A stretch of 42,538 nucleotides of DNA from an uncultured Candidatus Saccharibacteria bacterium (GCA_964493895.1 CAZBPY010000001.1:165245-207782), one strand, 5' to 3'. Positions 13,040-21,785 are shown, numbered from the stretch's first letter. The notes: generated by a model not told the origin, from the sequence alone. A program made the numbers and translations.

Positions 13040-13445
13040 AATCAAGCGCCTCTTGGCCTATTCCATCACCGGCGGAGCCTGGTTTTGGTCGGGCTATTTA
13101 ACATTTGCAGTCTTGTATTCGGGCTTGGGTTGGTCGCTGTGGTGGGCCAAATTGATCGCCAATTTTGTCGGCATTGCCGTAAACTTCGTTTTAGAACGAA
13201 CTTGGGTTTTTAACCGTGGCCGCCGCAATAAACGCTTAACAGTAGTAACTGAACGCTACATCTTGCTGACAATCATTAACTTAGGTATCGACTACTTGAT
13301 TGTTAAATCCCTGCAAGATTACTTCGGTGTCACCCCTTACATCGGGCAATTCGTATCGGCTGGTTTCTTCTATGGCTGGAACTACATGTGGTACAAATAC
13401 TGGGTCTTCGCCGTAGCTCGCAAAACACGCAAAGGTTATGTATGA
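12987..13445 (+). CDS. GtrA family protein
   Basis: RLLAYSITGG, NFVLERTWVF, WNYMWYKYWVF; TATAAT 11 nt upstream. Confidence 0.85.
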   Translation: MSRTKPKQPIKQKKWRNEIKRLLAYSITGGAWFWSGYLTFAVLYSGLGWSLWWAKLIANFVGIAVNFVLERTWVFNRGRRNKRLTVVTERYILLTIINLGIDYLIVKSLQDYFGVTPYIGQFVSAGFFYGWNYMWYKYWVFAVARKTRKGYV

Positions 13446-13918
13446 GCCAAGGCCAGGCAAAAGATCAGGCCAAGATTCGGCCCACCAAGAAACAACGCCA
13501 GACCCTGACATTTATTGAAAGTTTTATCAAGCAGCACGGTTATAGCCCCAGCTACCGCGAGATTATGCGCGGCTGTAATTATTCGTCGGTGGCCACGGCC
13601 GCTCTGCATGTTAATAATCTGATCAAACGCGGGCATTTGCAAAAGCGAGACCATTCGGCCCGGTCGTTGGAAATTATTTCCGGGGAAGATTTAGATGATT
13701 TTCAGTCGACGGCTATAAAAGAGGGCGAAGAAAAATGGCTGGTCAAAAAAATCGAATACTATTTCAAACAAGCTGAAGACCAACAGACGATTTCACAATC
13801 TCAACTCGATGAGTTGTATGTGTTAACCGGAGCTTTGAAGGCTCTTGGTTTAGAGGGAGCAGCCCAGAGTTTTATTCCCCGACTTGGTGAGCTTAAGGGC
13901 AGGGTAGCTGATAAATGA
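13442..13918 (+). CDS. LexA-type winged-helix DNA-binding protein lacking the S24 peptidase domain
   Basis: TKKQRQTLTFIESFIKQHGYSPSYREI...SVATAALHVNNLIKRGHL..SARSLEII matches the LexA N-domain; the ~75-aa C-terminus looks helical with no Ala-Gly site or Ser/Lys dyad; ATGA overlaps at both ends. Confidence 0.85.
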   Translation: MSQGQAKDQAKIRPTKKQRQTLTFIESFIKQHGYSPSYREIMRGCNYSSVATAALHVNNLIKRGHLQKRDHSARSLEIISGEDLDDFQSTAIKEGEEKWLVKKIEYYFKQAEDQQTISQSQLDELYVLTGALKALGLEGAAQSFIPRLGELKGRVADK

Positions 13919-14718
13919 GTCTATGGCTAGCTTTGCTGTTAGGTCTAGTCCAGGGTCTTACTGAATTTATCCCGGTGTCGAGTTCCGGCCACTTGGTTTT
14001 ATTGCACGATTGGTTTGGCATCAATAGATCGGGCTTGGCTTTTGATGTAGCACTGCATTTTGGAACTTTGCTGGCATTGCTGCTGTGTTTCCGTCACGAC
14101 TTACTTAAGCTAGCCAGAGGTGTTTTTCGAGGTGGCGCCGAGCGGCGCCTGGCCATCATCCTGGCGGTGGCTACCGTGCCGGCCGTGTTAACAGGTTTAT
14201 TTTTGGACAGTCTAGCTAGATCCGGTTTTCGCAGCCCGACTTTGGTGGCCCTGAATTTGATTATAGTGGCCATTTTAATGCTGGCCGCCGAGTGGTACTA
14301 TGCTCGCCATCAACCTAAAACAAAAAAAGTTGAGTCAACCGACTTAAAACAGGGCGCGGCAATCGGCCTAGCCCAGGCATTGGCCTTAGTGCCGGGAACA
14401 TCAAGGTCGGGTTTGACCATTTCCACCGGGTTATTTGCTGGCCTGGACAGGGTAGCGGCCACCAGGTTTTCATTTTTACTAGGCATACCGATTATGGCCG
14501 GAGCCATCATAAAAATCTTTGCTTTTGACGGCGGAGCCAGCCAGATCTCCAATCAACCGGCCATGTTTAGTGTCGGCATTATTGCCGCCTTCGTGTCCGG
14601 CTTGGCGGCGATTGCCTTCATGCTGCGCTTTCTAGCTAACCATTCCTTAAAGATCTTCGCGTACTATCGTATTGGTATTGGACTGCTAGTACTTCTATTT
14701 AGCGTAAGCAGCATGTAA
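13915..14718 (+). CDS. uppP: Undecaprenyl-diphosphatase
   Basis: GLVQGLTEFIPVSSSGHL, HFGTLLA, LVPGTSRSG, RFSFLLGIP. Confidence 0.97.
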   Translation: MSLWLALLLGLVQGLTEFIPVSSSGHLVLLHDWFGINRSGLAFDVALHFGTLLALLLCFRHDLLKLARGVFRGGAERRLAIILAVATVPAVLTGLFLDSLARSGFRSPTLVALNLIIVAILMLAAEWYYARHQPKTKKVESTDLKQGAAIGLAQALALVPGTSRSGLTISTGLFAGLDRVAATRFSFLLGIPIMAGAIIKIFAFDGGASQISNQPAMFSVGIIAAFVSGLAAIAFMLRFLANHSLKIFAYYRIGIGLLVLLFSVSSM

Positions 14719-14747
14719 AAACCACTACATATAGTGTGACCTAGCCA

Positions 14748-14903
14748 TGTTATGCTAGTAATACATTAACAAAAAAACACTGGAAGCAGGTGGAATTCCT
14801 GCGCTATGCCGTAACGGTGACAGCCCGATACAGTTAAAGTCTTCCGAGCAGAAGCGAGATTTTCGGACATAGCCTCGTTTTCACAGGAAGACGAGGATTT
14901 TTT
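14748..14903 (+). promoter_or_regulatory. Extended -10 promoter followed by a structured ~140-nt 5' leader (candidate attenuator/riboswitch)
   Basis: TGtTATGCT at 14748-14756; stems GCAGG/CCTGC (14786-14802), GCTATG/CATAGC (14803-08/14868-73), GTCTTCC/GGAAGAC (14839-45/14886-92). Confidence 0.5.
14873..14903 (+). terminator. Intrinsic terminator-like hairpin immediately before the start codon at 14904
   Basis: 10-bp stem CCTCGTTTTC/GAAGACGAGG (one G-U), ACAG loop, then ATTTTTT and ATG. Confidence 0.65.
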
Positions 14904-16256
14904 ATGCCCAGCCCGGCCTTAGCCGAAGTCTACCAGTTTAACGAAGTAGCCGACCAACCGCCGCAAGTGATAATTGTGCCGGAAATGGCCGATGATCAAC
15001 TAGTACGTCACCGAGCTGCTCGATTTGCTGGCCAACTAGCCAGCCAATCAACTGTCGAAGTAGACAAAGCTCTGACTGATGCTGAACCGCACACCACACT
15101 ATTTGAAGCTGTGACCACTGGCAATAGTGATCTAGTCCGAGCTAATGTCGAGGCTAATATGGTGGAAATTGCCTTTAAAGCCGGCTTTGTAACAGAAGTT
15201 CAATTGCAGGAGGACGAAAATGGACATACTCATCAGTACGGACAGAGTCTTAAGTCGATCCAAGCCAATAATTTGCTGCACGGTACAGATAGTGGCGAGA
15301 TGCATCAACGATCGCAAGCTGAAAACAGAAATGTCTTTCGGTTTGAATCTGTCAAACAAACGGGCTTACTCCAGAACCACTGGTTCGTGACTGTTTCTAG
15401 AACCGCTACTGAGATGACAGAGAGGGCGATGGATCAGGCTGGGTTCTTTACTGAAACCATGAGTCTATCTATTCAGGCCACTACTGACTTGGACGGTGTT
15501 TTGACTATGGAATCGGCCTTTATGGCTGGGGTTGCTGAGGAGGGTGGTGAGCGGCGTGATGAAGAGATAGTCGCAGCCATCGGTGAGGCTATTGGTGTAG
15601 ATTTGCGCGGTCTGTCAGCGACAGAATTATTGGATATGCCGTTATTAATTCCGAAATCTTTAATGCCGAATGGAACTATCGACTTGGTAGCCATGGGCGA
15701 TGAACCATTTGGGACTTTCTTTGGCCAGAACAAGCCAGGGCAGGATTACCTTGCTTACCGCGAAGCTTGCCGCCAGCACCGGGCAATGTTTAGCCAGAAG
15801 GTCGATAAAGTAACTGATCAATTGATGAAAGAAGCTGTTCATATCAAGGATGAGATTGATGCCACAAAGCGCCTCCACGAACTTTGCGGTGATGAAATGG
15901 TCAGACAGGCCGTAGTCGACGAGTGGATAGATCCTGGAGTTTTCGGGCCACAATCAAAACCCTTCATTATCGAAGCTCGCCGGCAACTAGCACTTGGAAA
16001 CAGCCATGCCGGACTGGAGGCGACCAAAAAAGCCTTAGAAGTAGCGGACCCCCGTTCGTGTGCGTTCTCATCAAAAGCCGGAAACAATAGCCTGGAAAGA
16101 TCAGAAAACGACTCCAGGCCATCTGACGAAGCCGATGATTTTGGCCCACTATGGTTTAAATGCAAGAAAGGACATTGGAATAAACGAAAGCGCGCCAAGA
16201 GCTCTAAAGACTTTATGTCTCACTGTAAAACCTGTGGTGTAAGTGTGGCTTGCTAA
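14904..16256 (+). CDS. Hypothetical 450-aa acidic protein with a C-terminal Cys/His cluster
   Basis: Long open frame; C-terminus FKCKKGHW...HCKTCGVSVAC suggests a zinc ribbon; no family recognised. Confidence 0.8.
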   Translation: MPSPALAEVYQFNEVADQPPQVIIVPEMADDQLVRHRAARFAGQLASQSTVEVDKALTDAEPHTTLFEAVTTGNSDLVRANVEANMVEIAFKAGFVTEVQLQEDENGHTHQYGQSLKSIQANNLLHGTDSGEMHQRSQAENRNVFRFESVKQTGLLQNHWFVTVSRTATEMTERAMDQAGFFTETMSLSIQATTDLDGVLTMESAFMAGVAEEGGERRDEEIVAAIGEAIGVDLRGLSATELLDMPLLIPKSLMPNGTIDLVAMGDEPFGTFFGQNKPGQDYLAYREACRQHRAMFSQKVDKVTDQLMKEAVHIKDEIDATKRLHELCGDEMVRQAVVDEWIDPGVFGPQSKPFIIEARRQLALGNSHAGLEATKKALEVADPRSCAFSSKAGNNSLERSENDSRPSDEADDFGPLWFKCKKGHWNKRKRAKSSKDFMSHCKTCGVSVAC

Positions 16257-16265
16257 AATAGAAGG

Positions 16266-16856
16266 ATGGACAAACAGCGCATCGGAGTTTTTAGCGGTAC
16301 TTTTGACCCGGTTCATCGCGGGCACATCGAGTCTTGTGTGGTGGCCTTAGGGACTTTGATGCTGACAACAGTTTGCCTGTTTTTGGAGAAAAAGCCGCGG
16401 CGCAAAACAGGGGTGGCTGATTTTCGTGATCGGGCCAATATGCTTGATCTGGCCACTATAGATTACCCTAGTTTGCGGATTGTCGATCTGGAGGAGGATA
16501 ATGTCACGACGGATAATGCTCTTAATTATCTGGAAAAGCAATTCCCGGGCCGCGAATACTGGTACATAATCGGGTCAGATATTTTAGAGCACCTGCCGTC
16601 CTGGCCCAAAAGCGACAAGTTGCTTAAAAAGTTCAATCTGTGCGTGGTGCTGCGTGAAAATAATGAATTTGATAAGGTGACCGCCGCCGTTAAAAAGCTT
16701 CAAGAAAAATATCCGGATACCCAGTTTGTGGTGCTGCCCAGTGTTTGGTCACCAATTTCGTCGTCAAGTGCCAAAAAACAGCTTAAAAAAGGTGAATTAG
16801 TGACCGGCTTGGACCCGGCAGTCCAGGAGTATATCAAGCGTCACAACATTTATTAG
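16266..16856 (+). CDS. nadD: Nicotinate-nucleotide adenylyltransferase-like (cytidylyltransferase superfamily)
   Basis: GVFSGTFDPVHRGH (HxGH), IIGSDILEHLPSW, PISSS, VQEYIKRHNIY. Confidence 0.82.
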   Translation: MDKQRIGVFSGTFDPVHRGHIESCVVALGTLMLTTVCLFLEKKPRRKTGVADFRDRANMLDLATIDYPSLRIVDLEEDNVTTDNALNYLEKQFPGREYWYIIGSDILEHLPSWPKSDKLLKKFNLCVVLRENNEFDKVTAAVKKLQEKYPDTQFVVLPSVWSPISSSSAKKQLKKGELVTGLDPAVQEYIKRHNIY

Positions 16857-18130
16857 CGCAGCAATAGAGTTGCCAGACCTAAGAAGGCTAGAAAGCCCAA
16901 AACATCAGTGGCGGTGGTAATGAAAATTGTTGCCGAAGCCGCCGGATCTTTGCCGAGTTTGGCCATAATCAGCGGCACCATGGTTCCGAAAAAGGCAGCT
17001 ACCAACATGTTGAGCACCATGGCAATAGCTAACACTATGGCAACTCCTTGATTGCCATTGACCACCAAGACTACCAGGGCCACTAAGATAGCATTAATAA
17101 GGCCGTTAACAAAAGCTGCTCCCAGTTCGCTGCGCAAAGTCCGCCAAGCCTTATCTAGAGAAATTTGCTTCATAGAAATGCCGCGTACTTGGACGGCCAA
17201 TGTCTGGGTAGCAGCATTACCGCCCATACCAGCCACGATTGGCATATAAACAGCCAGAAGAACGTATTTGTCTAGAGTATCTTCAAATAAACCAATGGTT
17301 GCAGCCGCGATAAAGGCGGTTGCCAAGTTAATAATTAACCATTTGTAGCGATATTTCACTTTTTGTTTGGCGGTGTCGGTAACGGTTTCCTCGTCATGGA
17401 TACCGGCAAAGTCGTACAGATTCGATGATTCTTGCTTTTGAATCAATTTAAGCATTTCATCAGAGTAAATCACGCCGACGACATGATCGTCGTCGCTTAA
17501 TACTACGACCTTATTGTGAGGATGTTTATTAAAAAGTCTTAGAACCTCGTGATGTTGGGCAGCGTAAGAAATTGATGGGATGCGCTTTTTGTATTTGTCG
17601 ATGCGCTCACTCTTTGCGGCAAAGCCTAATTCATGTCCCGGCAGGTGGCCAGCCAATTTAGAGCCATCCATGATTAATATAACTGGTGATCGGCCGGTTT
17701 TTGTCTCATGGGCTTTGAACTTTTTAGCCGCTGTCTCTATGTTGTCATCGATGTTTACCTGAATATAGTCCAAGGTCATGAGTCCAGCGGCAGTTTCCGG
17801 ATCGAATTCTAGAAGTTTCGACAATGATTCTTTCATGTCAGCGCTAAGCTGCTGCAGAACTTCTTCACGACGGTGCTTGGTCAGACTTTGCAGAATGTCG
17901 GTGGCATCATCTGGGTCAAGCGGCTCTAACAAGCTAACAATATTCTCAATCGGCAGCTTGGCGAGGAGTTCTTTTTTTACCTTCGGTGTCATCGAGGCAA
18001 AATAATCAAATTGTTGATCGTCAGGAATGCCTAGGAAAAGCTCAACGCGCTGGTTGTGCTTGAAGAGCATGTCGGCCAATTTTAATGGATTTACGGAATT
18101 AAGAGACTTGGGAATTTGCATTTTGCGCAT
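16853..18130 (-). CDS. mgtE: Magnesium transporter MgtE
   Basis: DPDDATDIL, PETAAGLMT, CBS pair, RYKWLIINL, PIVAGMGGNAATQ, DPAASATIFITTATDVLG. Confidence 0.95.
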   Translation of the reverse strand: MRKMQIPKSLNSVNPLKLADMLFKHNQRVELFLGIPDDQQFDYFASMTPKVKKELLAKLPIENIVSLLEPLDPDDATDILQSLTKHRREEVLQQLSADMKESLSKLLEFDPETAAGLMTLDYIQVNIDDNIETAAKKFKAHETKTGRSPVILIMDGSKLAGHLPGHELGFAAKSERIDKYKKRIPSISYAAQHHEVLRLFNKHPHNKVVVLSDDDHVVGVIYSDEMLKLIQKQESSNLYDFAGIHDEETVTDTAKQKVKYRYKWLIINLATAFIAAATIGLFEDTLDKYVLLAVYMPIVAGMGGNAATQTLAVQVRGISMKQISLDKAWRTLRSELGAAFVNGLINAILVALVVLVVNGNQGVAIVLAIAMVLNMLVAAFFGTMVPLIMAKLGKDPAASATIFITTATDVLGFLAFLGLATLLLR

Positions 18131-18180
18131 GACTAAACTATAGCACTTTCGGCAGCTGTTCTAAATCTGGCCCAAATTTG

Positions 18181-18210
18181 TTGACAAGCATAAGCGGGGC
18201 GTGCGACAAT
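18181..18210 (+). promoter_or_regulatory. sigma70-type promoter facing an otherwise gene-empty intergenic region
   Basis: TTGACA (18181-86), 18 nt, TGcGACAAT (-10 at 18205-10). Confidence 0.6.
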
Positions 18211-18279
18211 GAAGTTACTAAAGCCGGTGCGAGAGCGGCCGAAGAACAAAAAACAAAAAATCAATGAAAGGACATAAAC

Positions 18280-18372
18280 ATGTCTGTAACCGTCAAAGTG
18301 GTGGCGTCACAACGGGTCAGGATACCTGTAACTTCTCGCCGACCAACCTGGCAGGAATTCCTGCACTATTAG
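18280..18372 (+). CDS. Candidate 30-aa small protein MSVTVKVVASQRVRIPVTSRRPTWQEFLHY
   Basis: AAAGGA SD 7 nt before the ATG, downstream of the promoter at 18181 and an A-rich tract. Confidence 0.5.
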   Translation: MSVTVKVVASQRVRIPVTSRRPTWQEFLHY

Positions 18373-18374
18373 GG

Positions 18375-18474
18375 AGCAAAATTACCTTCGCTCAACAGAC
18401 CGTTACGCGCAGGGTGCGCCAGCGCACTCTGGCTGCACTTCGCTTTTAGTCTGTTTCACGAAGGTAATTTTGCT
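18375..18474. ncRNA. 100-nt long hairpin (unknown ncRNA, 3' UTR element or bidirectional terminator)
   Basis: 16-bp perfect IR AGCAAAATTACCTTCG/CGAAGGTAATTTTGCT, nested 7-bp AACAGAC/GTCTGTT, apical 8-bp AGGGTGCG/CGCACTCT (one G-U) with a CCAG loop. Confidence 0.55.
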
Positions 18475-18479
18475 TACCA

Positions 18480-19124
18480 CTAGTTCCCAGATTTGGCCAG
18501 CTGTTCGTCGATGAGCTTGCTGAATCCGGCTAGGTCGGATGGATTTTCAATTTTTTGACCATTTAGGACAAATGTTGGCGTACTAGTAGCACCGAATTTT
18601 TGGCCCAATCTAATGTCGGCTTGAATGACGTCGTTGACCGGGTCGCTGGCGAAATCTTGCTTGAATTGATCGATGTTCAGACCCAGCTCGGCAGCATAAT
18701 CTTCCATGACGGCTGTTGGGTTGCCGGATGATTGCCAAGCCTGTTGCCGCTGATAAAGCAGCTCGTACATTTCCCAGAACTTGCCTTGTTTACCGGCTGC
18801 TTCAGCTGCCCGATGCGCCACCATGGCGTTCTGGTGGATTTGAACCAGCGGGAAGTGACGGAACTGAAAACTGATTTGGTCGCCGTATTTTTCCTGAACT
18901 TGCTCGATCACTGGGAAATAACTTCGGCAAGCCGGACACTGAAAATCGCCGAATTCTACTAATTCTACGCCGCCGGTGTTAGCTCCGAGGATATGGTTGG
19001 AGCCTTCCGAAGTTGAAGCCGAATTATTGCTGGCAGTGTTGCTGTCCTTGTTTTTGCTGTAGACAACTACGCCGATGAAGACAACGGCTAGAGCAGCTAG
19101 GATAAGTAGAAATCGTTTGCTCAT
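18480..19124 (-). CDS. DsbA-family thiol-disulfide oxidoreductase, membrane-anchored
   Basis: N-terminal TM; VEFGDFQCPAC, FRHFPL, AAEAAGKQGKFWEM, GATSTPTFVLNG (cis-Pro loop). Confidence 0.93.
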   Translation of the reverse strand: MSKRFLLILAALAVVFIGVVVYSKNKDSNTASNNSASTSEGSNHILGANTGGVELVEFGDFQCPACRSYFPVIEQVQEKYGDQISFQFRHFPLVQIHQNAMVAHRAAEAAGKQGKFWEMYELLYQRQQAWQSSGNPTAVMEDYAAELGLNIDQFKQDFASDPVNDVIQADIRLGQKFGATSTPTFVLNGQKIENPSDLAGFSKLIDEQLAKSGN

Positions 19125-19195
19125 GAATTTTCTCGCATTGTTTCTCTATGATAGCAAGTTTGGTCTAAGATTTGAAACATCGTAGTATAGAGGAT

Positions 19196-20329
19196 ATGGT
19201 TATGTTAATCGTGACGCTTCTTACGGCTGGCTTGTTGCTGCTGAGCGTAGCTTTGTTAAAACTCTATACCCATACGCCAGGCAAAGAGTTAAAACGTCAA
19301 GCCCGGTCTGGCGATCATTTAGCCAAAGAGTTCTACAAGGTTGTGGGCTACGGGCGCAGTTACGAGATTTTATTATGGATCTTTATTAGCTTGGCTGCAG
19401 CTGCTCTGTTTTTATTGATCTCTGAGTCAACGCCATGGCCGATCGCGTTAGTTATTATGCTGGCAATTGTTTGGTTTGTTTTTGCCTGGCTACCCAATTC
19501 TCATGTCTCCAGGGTTACAGTTGAGATTGCCCGCCGATTGTCGCCGGCGCTTCACTGGTTGCTGGAAAGGCTCCAGCCAGTGTTGGTACGCATTGACCAG
19601 TTCATGCAAAGGGTTCAGCCGTTCAGTATTCACACCGGACTCTATACCAAAGATGACGTTATCGATCTTATCAAGCGACAAAAAGTCCAAATTGATAACC
19701 GCATCACTAAAGAAGAATTGTTTATCGTCGAACATGCTTTGCAGTTTGGTGATCGGATGGTGTCGGAAGTCATGACGCCGCGGCGCGTTATGAAGACTGT
19801 TGCCACAACCGATATGATTGGACCAATACTGCTCAAAGAGCTGCATGATAGCGGCCACTCCAGATTCCCGGTTTATAAAGATAATCCCGACGACATTGTT
19901 GGAACACTCTATTTGCGTGATGCGCTGAACGCCAAAGCTGGTGGATTTGTTAAAGACCTCTACCGCAAGGAAGTTTTTTACGTCAATGAAAATCAGCCGC
20001 TGGCTCGGGTGTTAGATGCTTTTATCAAGACCAAGCACCACCAGTTTTTGGTCGTCAATCAGTTTGAAGAAATTGTCGGCCTGGTGACGATTGAAGATGT
20101 TGTCGAGTCGATTTTGGGCCGGCAAATTATGGATGAATTCGACTCTTACGAAGATTTGCGGACTGTGGCGGCTTTGGAGGCTGAAAAAGATGAAGCCAAG
20201 CGGGCCAAGGCCGTCAAGGAAGAGTCCAAAGACGAAGCCAAAGAAGAAGCTAGTGCTTCGAAGGACGACGAAACAGTGGTAGAATCGAAACAAGTTAAGC
20301 CAAAGGACAAAAGTGAGAACGCTAAGTAA
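19196..20329 (+). CDS. CNNM (DUF21)-like TM domain plus CBS pair protein (CorC/hemolysin-like)
   Basis: Three N-terminal TMs; VSEVMTPR, SGHSRFPVY...DDIVGTLYLRD, GLVTIEDVVESILGRQIMDEFD; charged C-tail. Confidence 0.88.
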   Translation: MVMLIVTLLTAGLLLLSVALLKLYTHTPGKELKRQARSGDHLAKEFYKVVGYGRSYEILLWIFISLAAAALFLLISESTPWPIALVIMLAIVWFVFAWLPNSHVSRVTVEIARRLSPALHWLLERLQPVLVRIDQFMQRVQPFSIHTGLYTKDDVIDLIKRQKVQIDNRITKEELFIVEHALQFGDRMVSEVMTPRRVMKTVATTDMIGPILLKELHDSGHSRFPVYKDNPDDIVGTLYLRDALNAKAGGFVKDLYRKEVFYVNENQPLARVLDAFIKTKHHQFLVVNQFEEIVGLVTIEDVVESILGRQIMDEFDSYEDLRTVAALEAEKDEAKRAKAVKEESKDEAKEEASASKDDETVVESKQVKPKDKSENAK

Positions 20330-21626
20330 AGACGTTAGTCAACACATAGGTAAATCGGTCACTATGCAGGGCTGGCTGCATAAAAAGCGGCTGTTGGGCG
20401 GTTTGACGTTTATTAATTTGCGTGATCGGTCCGGGGTGACTCAAATAGTAGTCGAGGATAAGGATGAAGTTGAGCGCTTGCGCGGTCTGCAAATCGGTAC
20501 GGTTTTAGAAATCGCTGGCCAAACCGTCAAAGAGGACCGTGCTCCGGGCGGCGCCGAGTTACATGACCCTAAAATCACCGTGCTGATGCCAGTAACTGAT
20601 GAACCGCCAATCGAAATTGACAAACCACTGTCACACAAATCCGAGCACCTTGATACCCTGTTCGAGAACCGGGTGATCGGCCTTCGCAATTTGCAAGAAC
20701 AAAAGGTCTTTAAAATCCGAGCCAGCATTTTGCGACTTTTTCGCGATTATCTAACCGAACATGATTTCACAGAAATACAGACGCCAAAACTGCTGGGTTC
20801 GGCTCCGGAAGGCGGCACCGAGGTATTCAAACTTGATTACTTCGGGCAAGAGGCCACTTTGGCCCAAAGCCCGCAACTTTATAAACAAATCATGGTCGGC
20901 GTATTTGAGCGCGTCTTTGAAATTGGACCGGCCTTCCGGGCCGAACCCAGCGCCACGACTCGGCACATGTCCGAATCGATGATGCTAGACATTGAAATGG
21001 GTTTTGTTAAAGACTACGACGAAGTCTTAGATTTTGTAGGCCAAACAACTTCAGAAGTTCTAAGGCAGGTTTATGAGGTCCAGGCCAGTAACCTGAAAAG
21101 TCTGAATGCTCCGGAACTGGTCCTACCAAAAAATGGTAAAATCCCGCGTTTGAGCGTGGCTGAGATTCATGAGCTTTACTCAAAAGCCAATAAAATTGAC
21201 ACTACTGGCGAAAAGGACCTAACTCCGGATGAAGAGAAGTGGGTCAGTGAGTATGCTCGCAAGAAACTTGGCAGCGATTTAGTCTATGTAACTGAATTTC
21301 CGCTGGCCACCCACAAGTTTTATCAACGAAAAAGTTCTGACGGTAAAACAGTTATGTCTGCCGACTTGTTGTTCCGCGGTGTCGAGATTGCCACAGTACC
21401 GATGCGCGAAAACAACTATGAAAAGTTGTTGGCACAGATGAAACAAGCCGGAATTAACCCCGAAGATCCAGGATTCAAATACTATCTACAGGCTTTTAAA
21501 TATGGTTTGCCAGAACATGGCGGCTGCGGATTTGGGATTGACCGCTTTACCCAAAAAGTCATCGGACTAGCCAACGTCAAAGAAGCAACATTGTTCCCGC
21601 GCGACATCAACCGCCTAACGCCGTAG
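20313..21626 (+). CDS. aspS: Aspartyl-tRNA synthetase, short archaeal/non-discriminating type
   Basis: OB domain GWLHKKRLLGGLTFINLRDRSG, LAQSPQLYKQ, FRAEPS.TTRH, GLPEHGGCGFGIDR; 437 aa with no GAD insert. Confidence 0.92.
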   Translation: MRTLSKDVSQHIGKSVTMQGWLHKKRLLGGLTFINLRDRSGVTQIVVEDKDEVERLRGLQIGTVLEIAGQTVKEDRAPGGAELHDPKITVLMPVTDEPPIEIDKPLSHKSEHLDTLFENRVIGLRNLQEQKVFKIRASILRLFRDYLTEHDFTEIQTPKLLGSAPEGGTEVFKLDYFGQEATLAQSPQLYKQIMVGVFERVFEIGPAFRAEPSATTRHMSESMMLDIEMGFVKDYDEVLDFVGQTTSEVLRQVYEVQASNLKSLNAPELVLPKNGKIPRLSVAEIHELYSKANKIDTTGEKDLTPDEEKWVSEYARKKLGSDLVYVTEFPLATHKFYQRKSSDGKTVMSADLLFRGVEIATVPMRENNYEKLLAQMKQAGINPEDPGFKYYLQAFKYGLPEHGGCGFGIDRFTQKVIGLANVKEATLFPRDINRLTP

Positions 21627-21632
21627 TCAGCT

Positions 21633-21785
21633 TTAAGACATGCTGCTTGTCAGCGAGATGAACAGCCAAGTGACAGTTCCAAGAGCAACCAGTAGAGAAA
21701 CGATTACGAAGATTGTGAAGTTTGACGGACGGTAGGCCGCCACCCTAGCACGAGTTGATTTTTTAGCAGTTTTAGCTTTTGCCAT
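21633..21785 (-). CDS. Small single-pass membrane protein (50 aa)
   Basis: MAKAKTAKKSTRARV basic N-terminus plus TM; AAGGA SD upstream. Confidence 0.7.
   Translation of the reverse strand: MAKAKTAKKSTRARVAAYRPSNFTIFVIVSLLVALGTVTWLFISLTSSMS

Noticed and set aside
18264-18449. 61-aa ORF in the ORF track
   Set aside because: Lacks an SD and runs through the long hairpin; the 30-aa frame at 18280 has the better ribosome-binding site
18131-18474. M-box (ykoK) riboswitch or MgtL-type leader for mgtE
   Set aside because: No M-box consensus on the minus strand, the small ORF is on the opposite strand, and mgtE has its own -10 box 6 nt before its ATG
18217-18474. tmRNA, SRP RNA or RNase P RNA
   Set aside because: No tRNA-like termini or ALAA-type tag, no SRP domain IV motif and no RNase P GAGGAAAGUCC core
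20221-20329. Charged low-complexity tail of the CNNM protein and short QT repeat at 39040
   Set aside because: Ordinary low-complexity linkers with no regular DNA repeat unit
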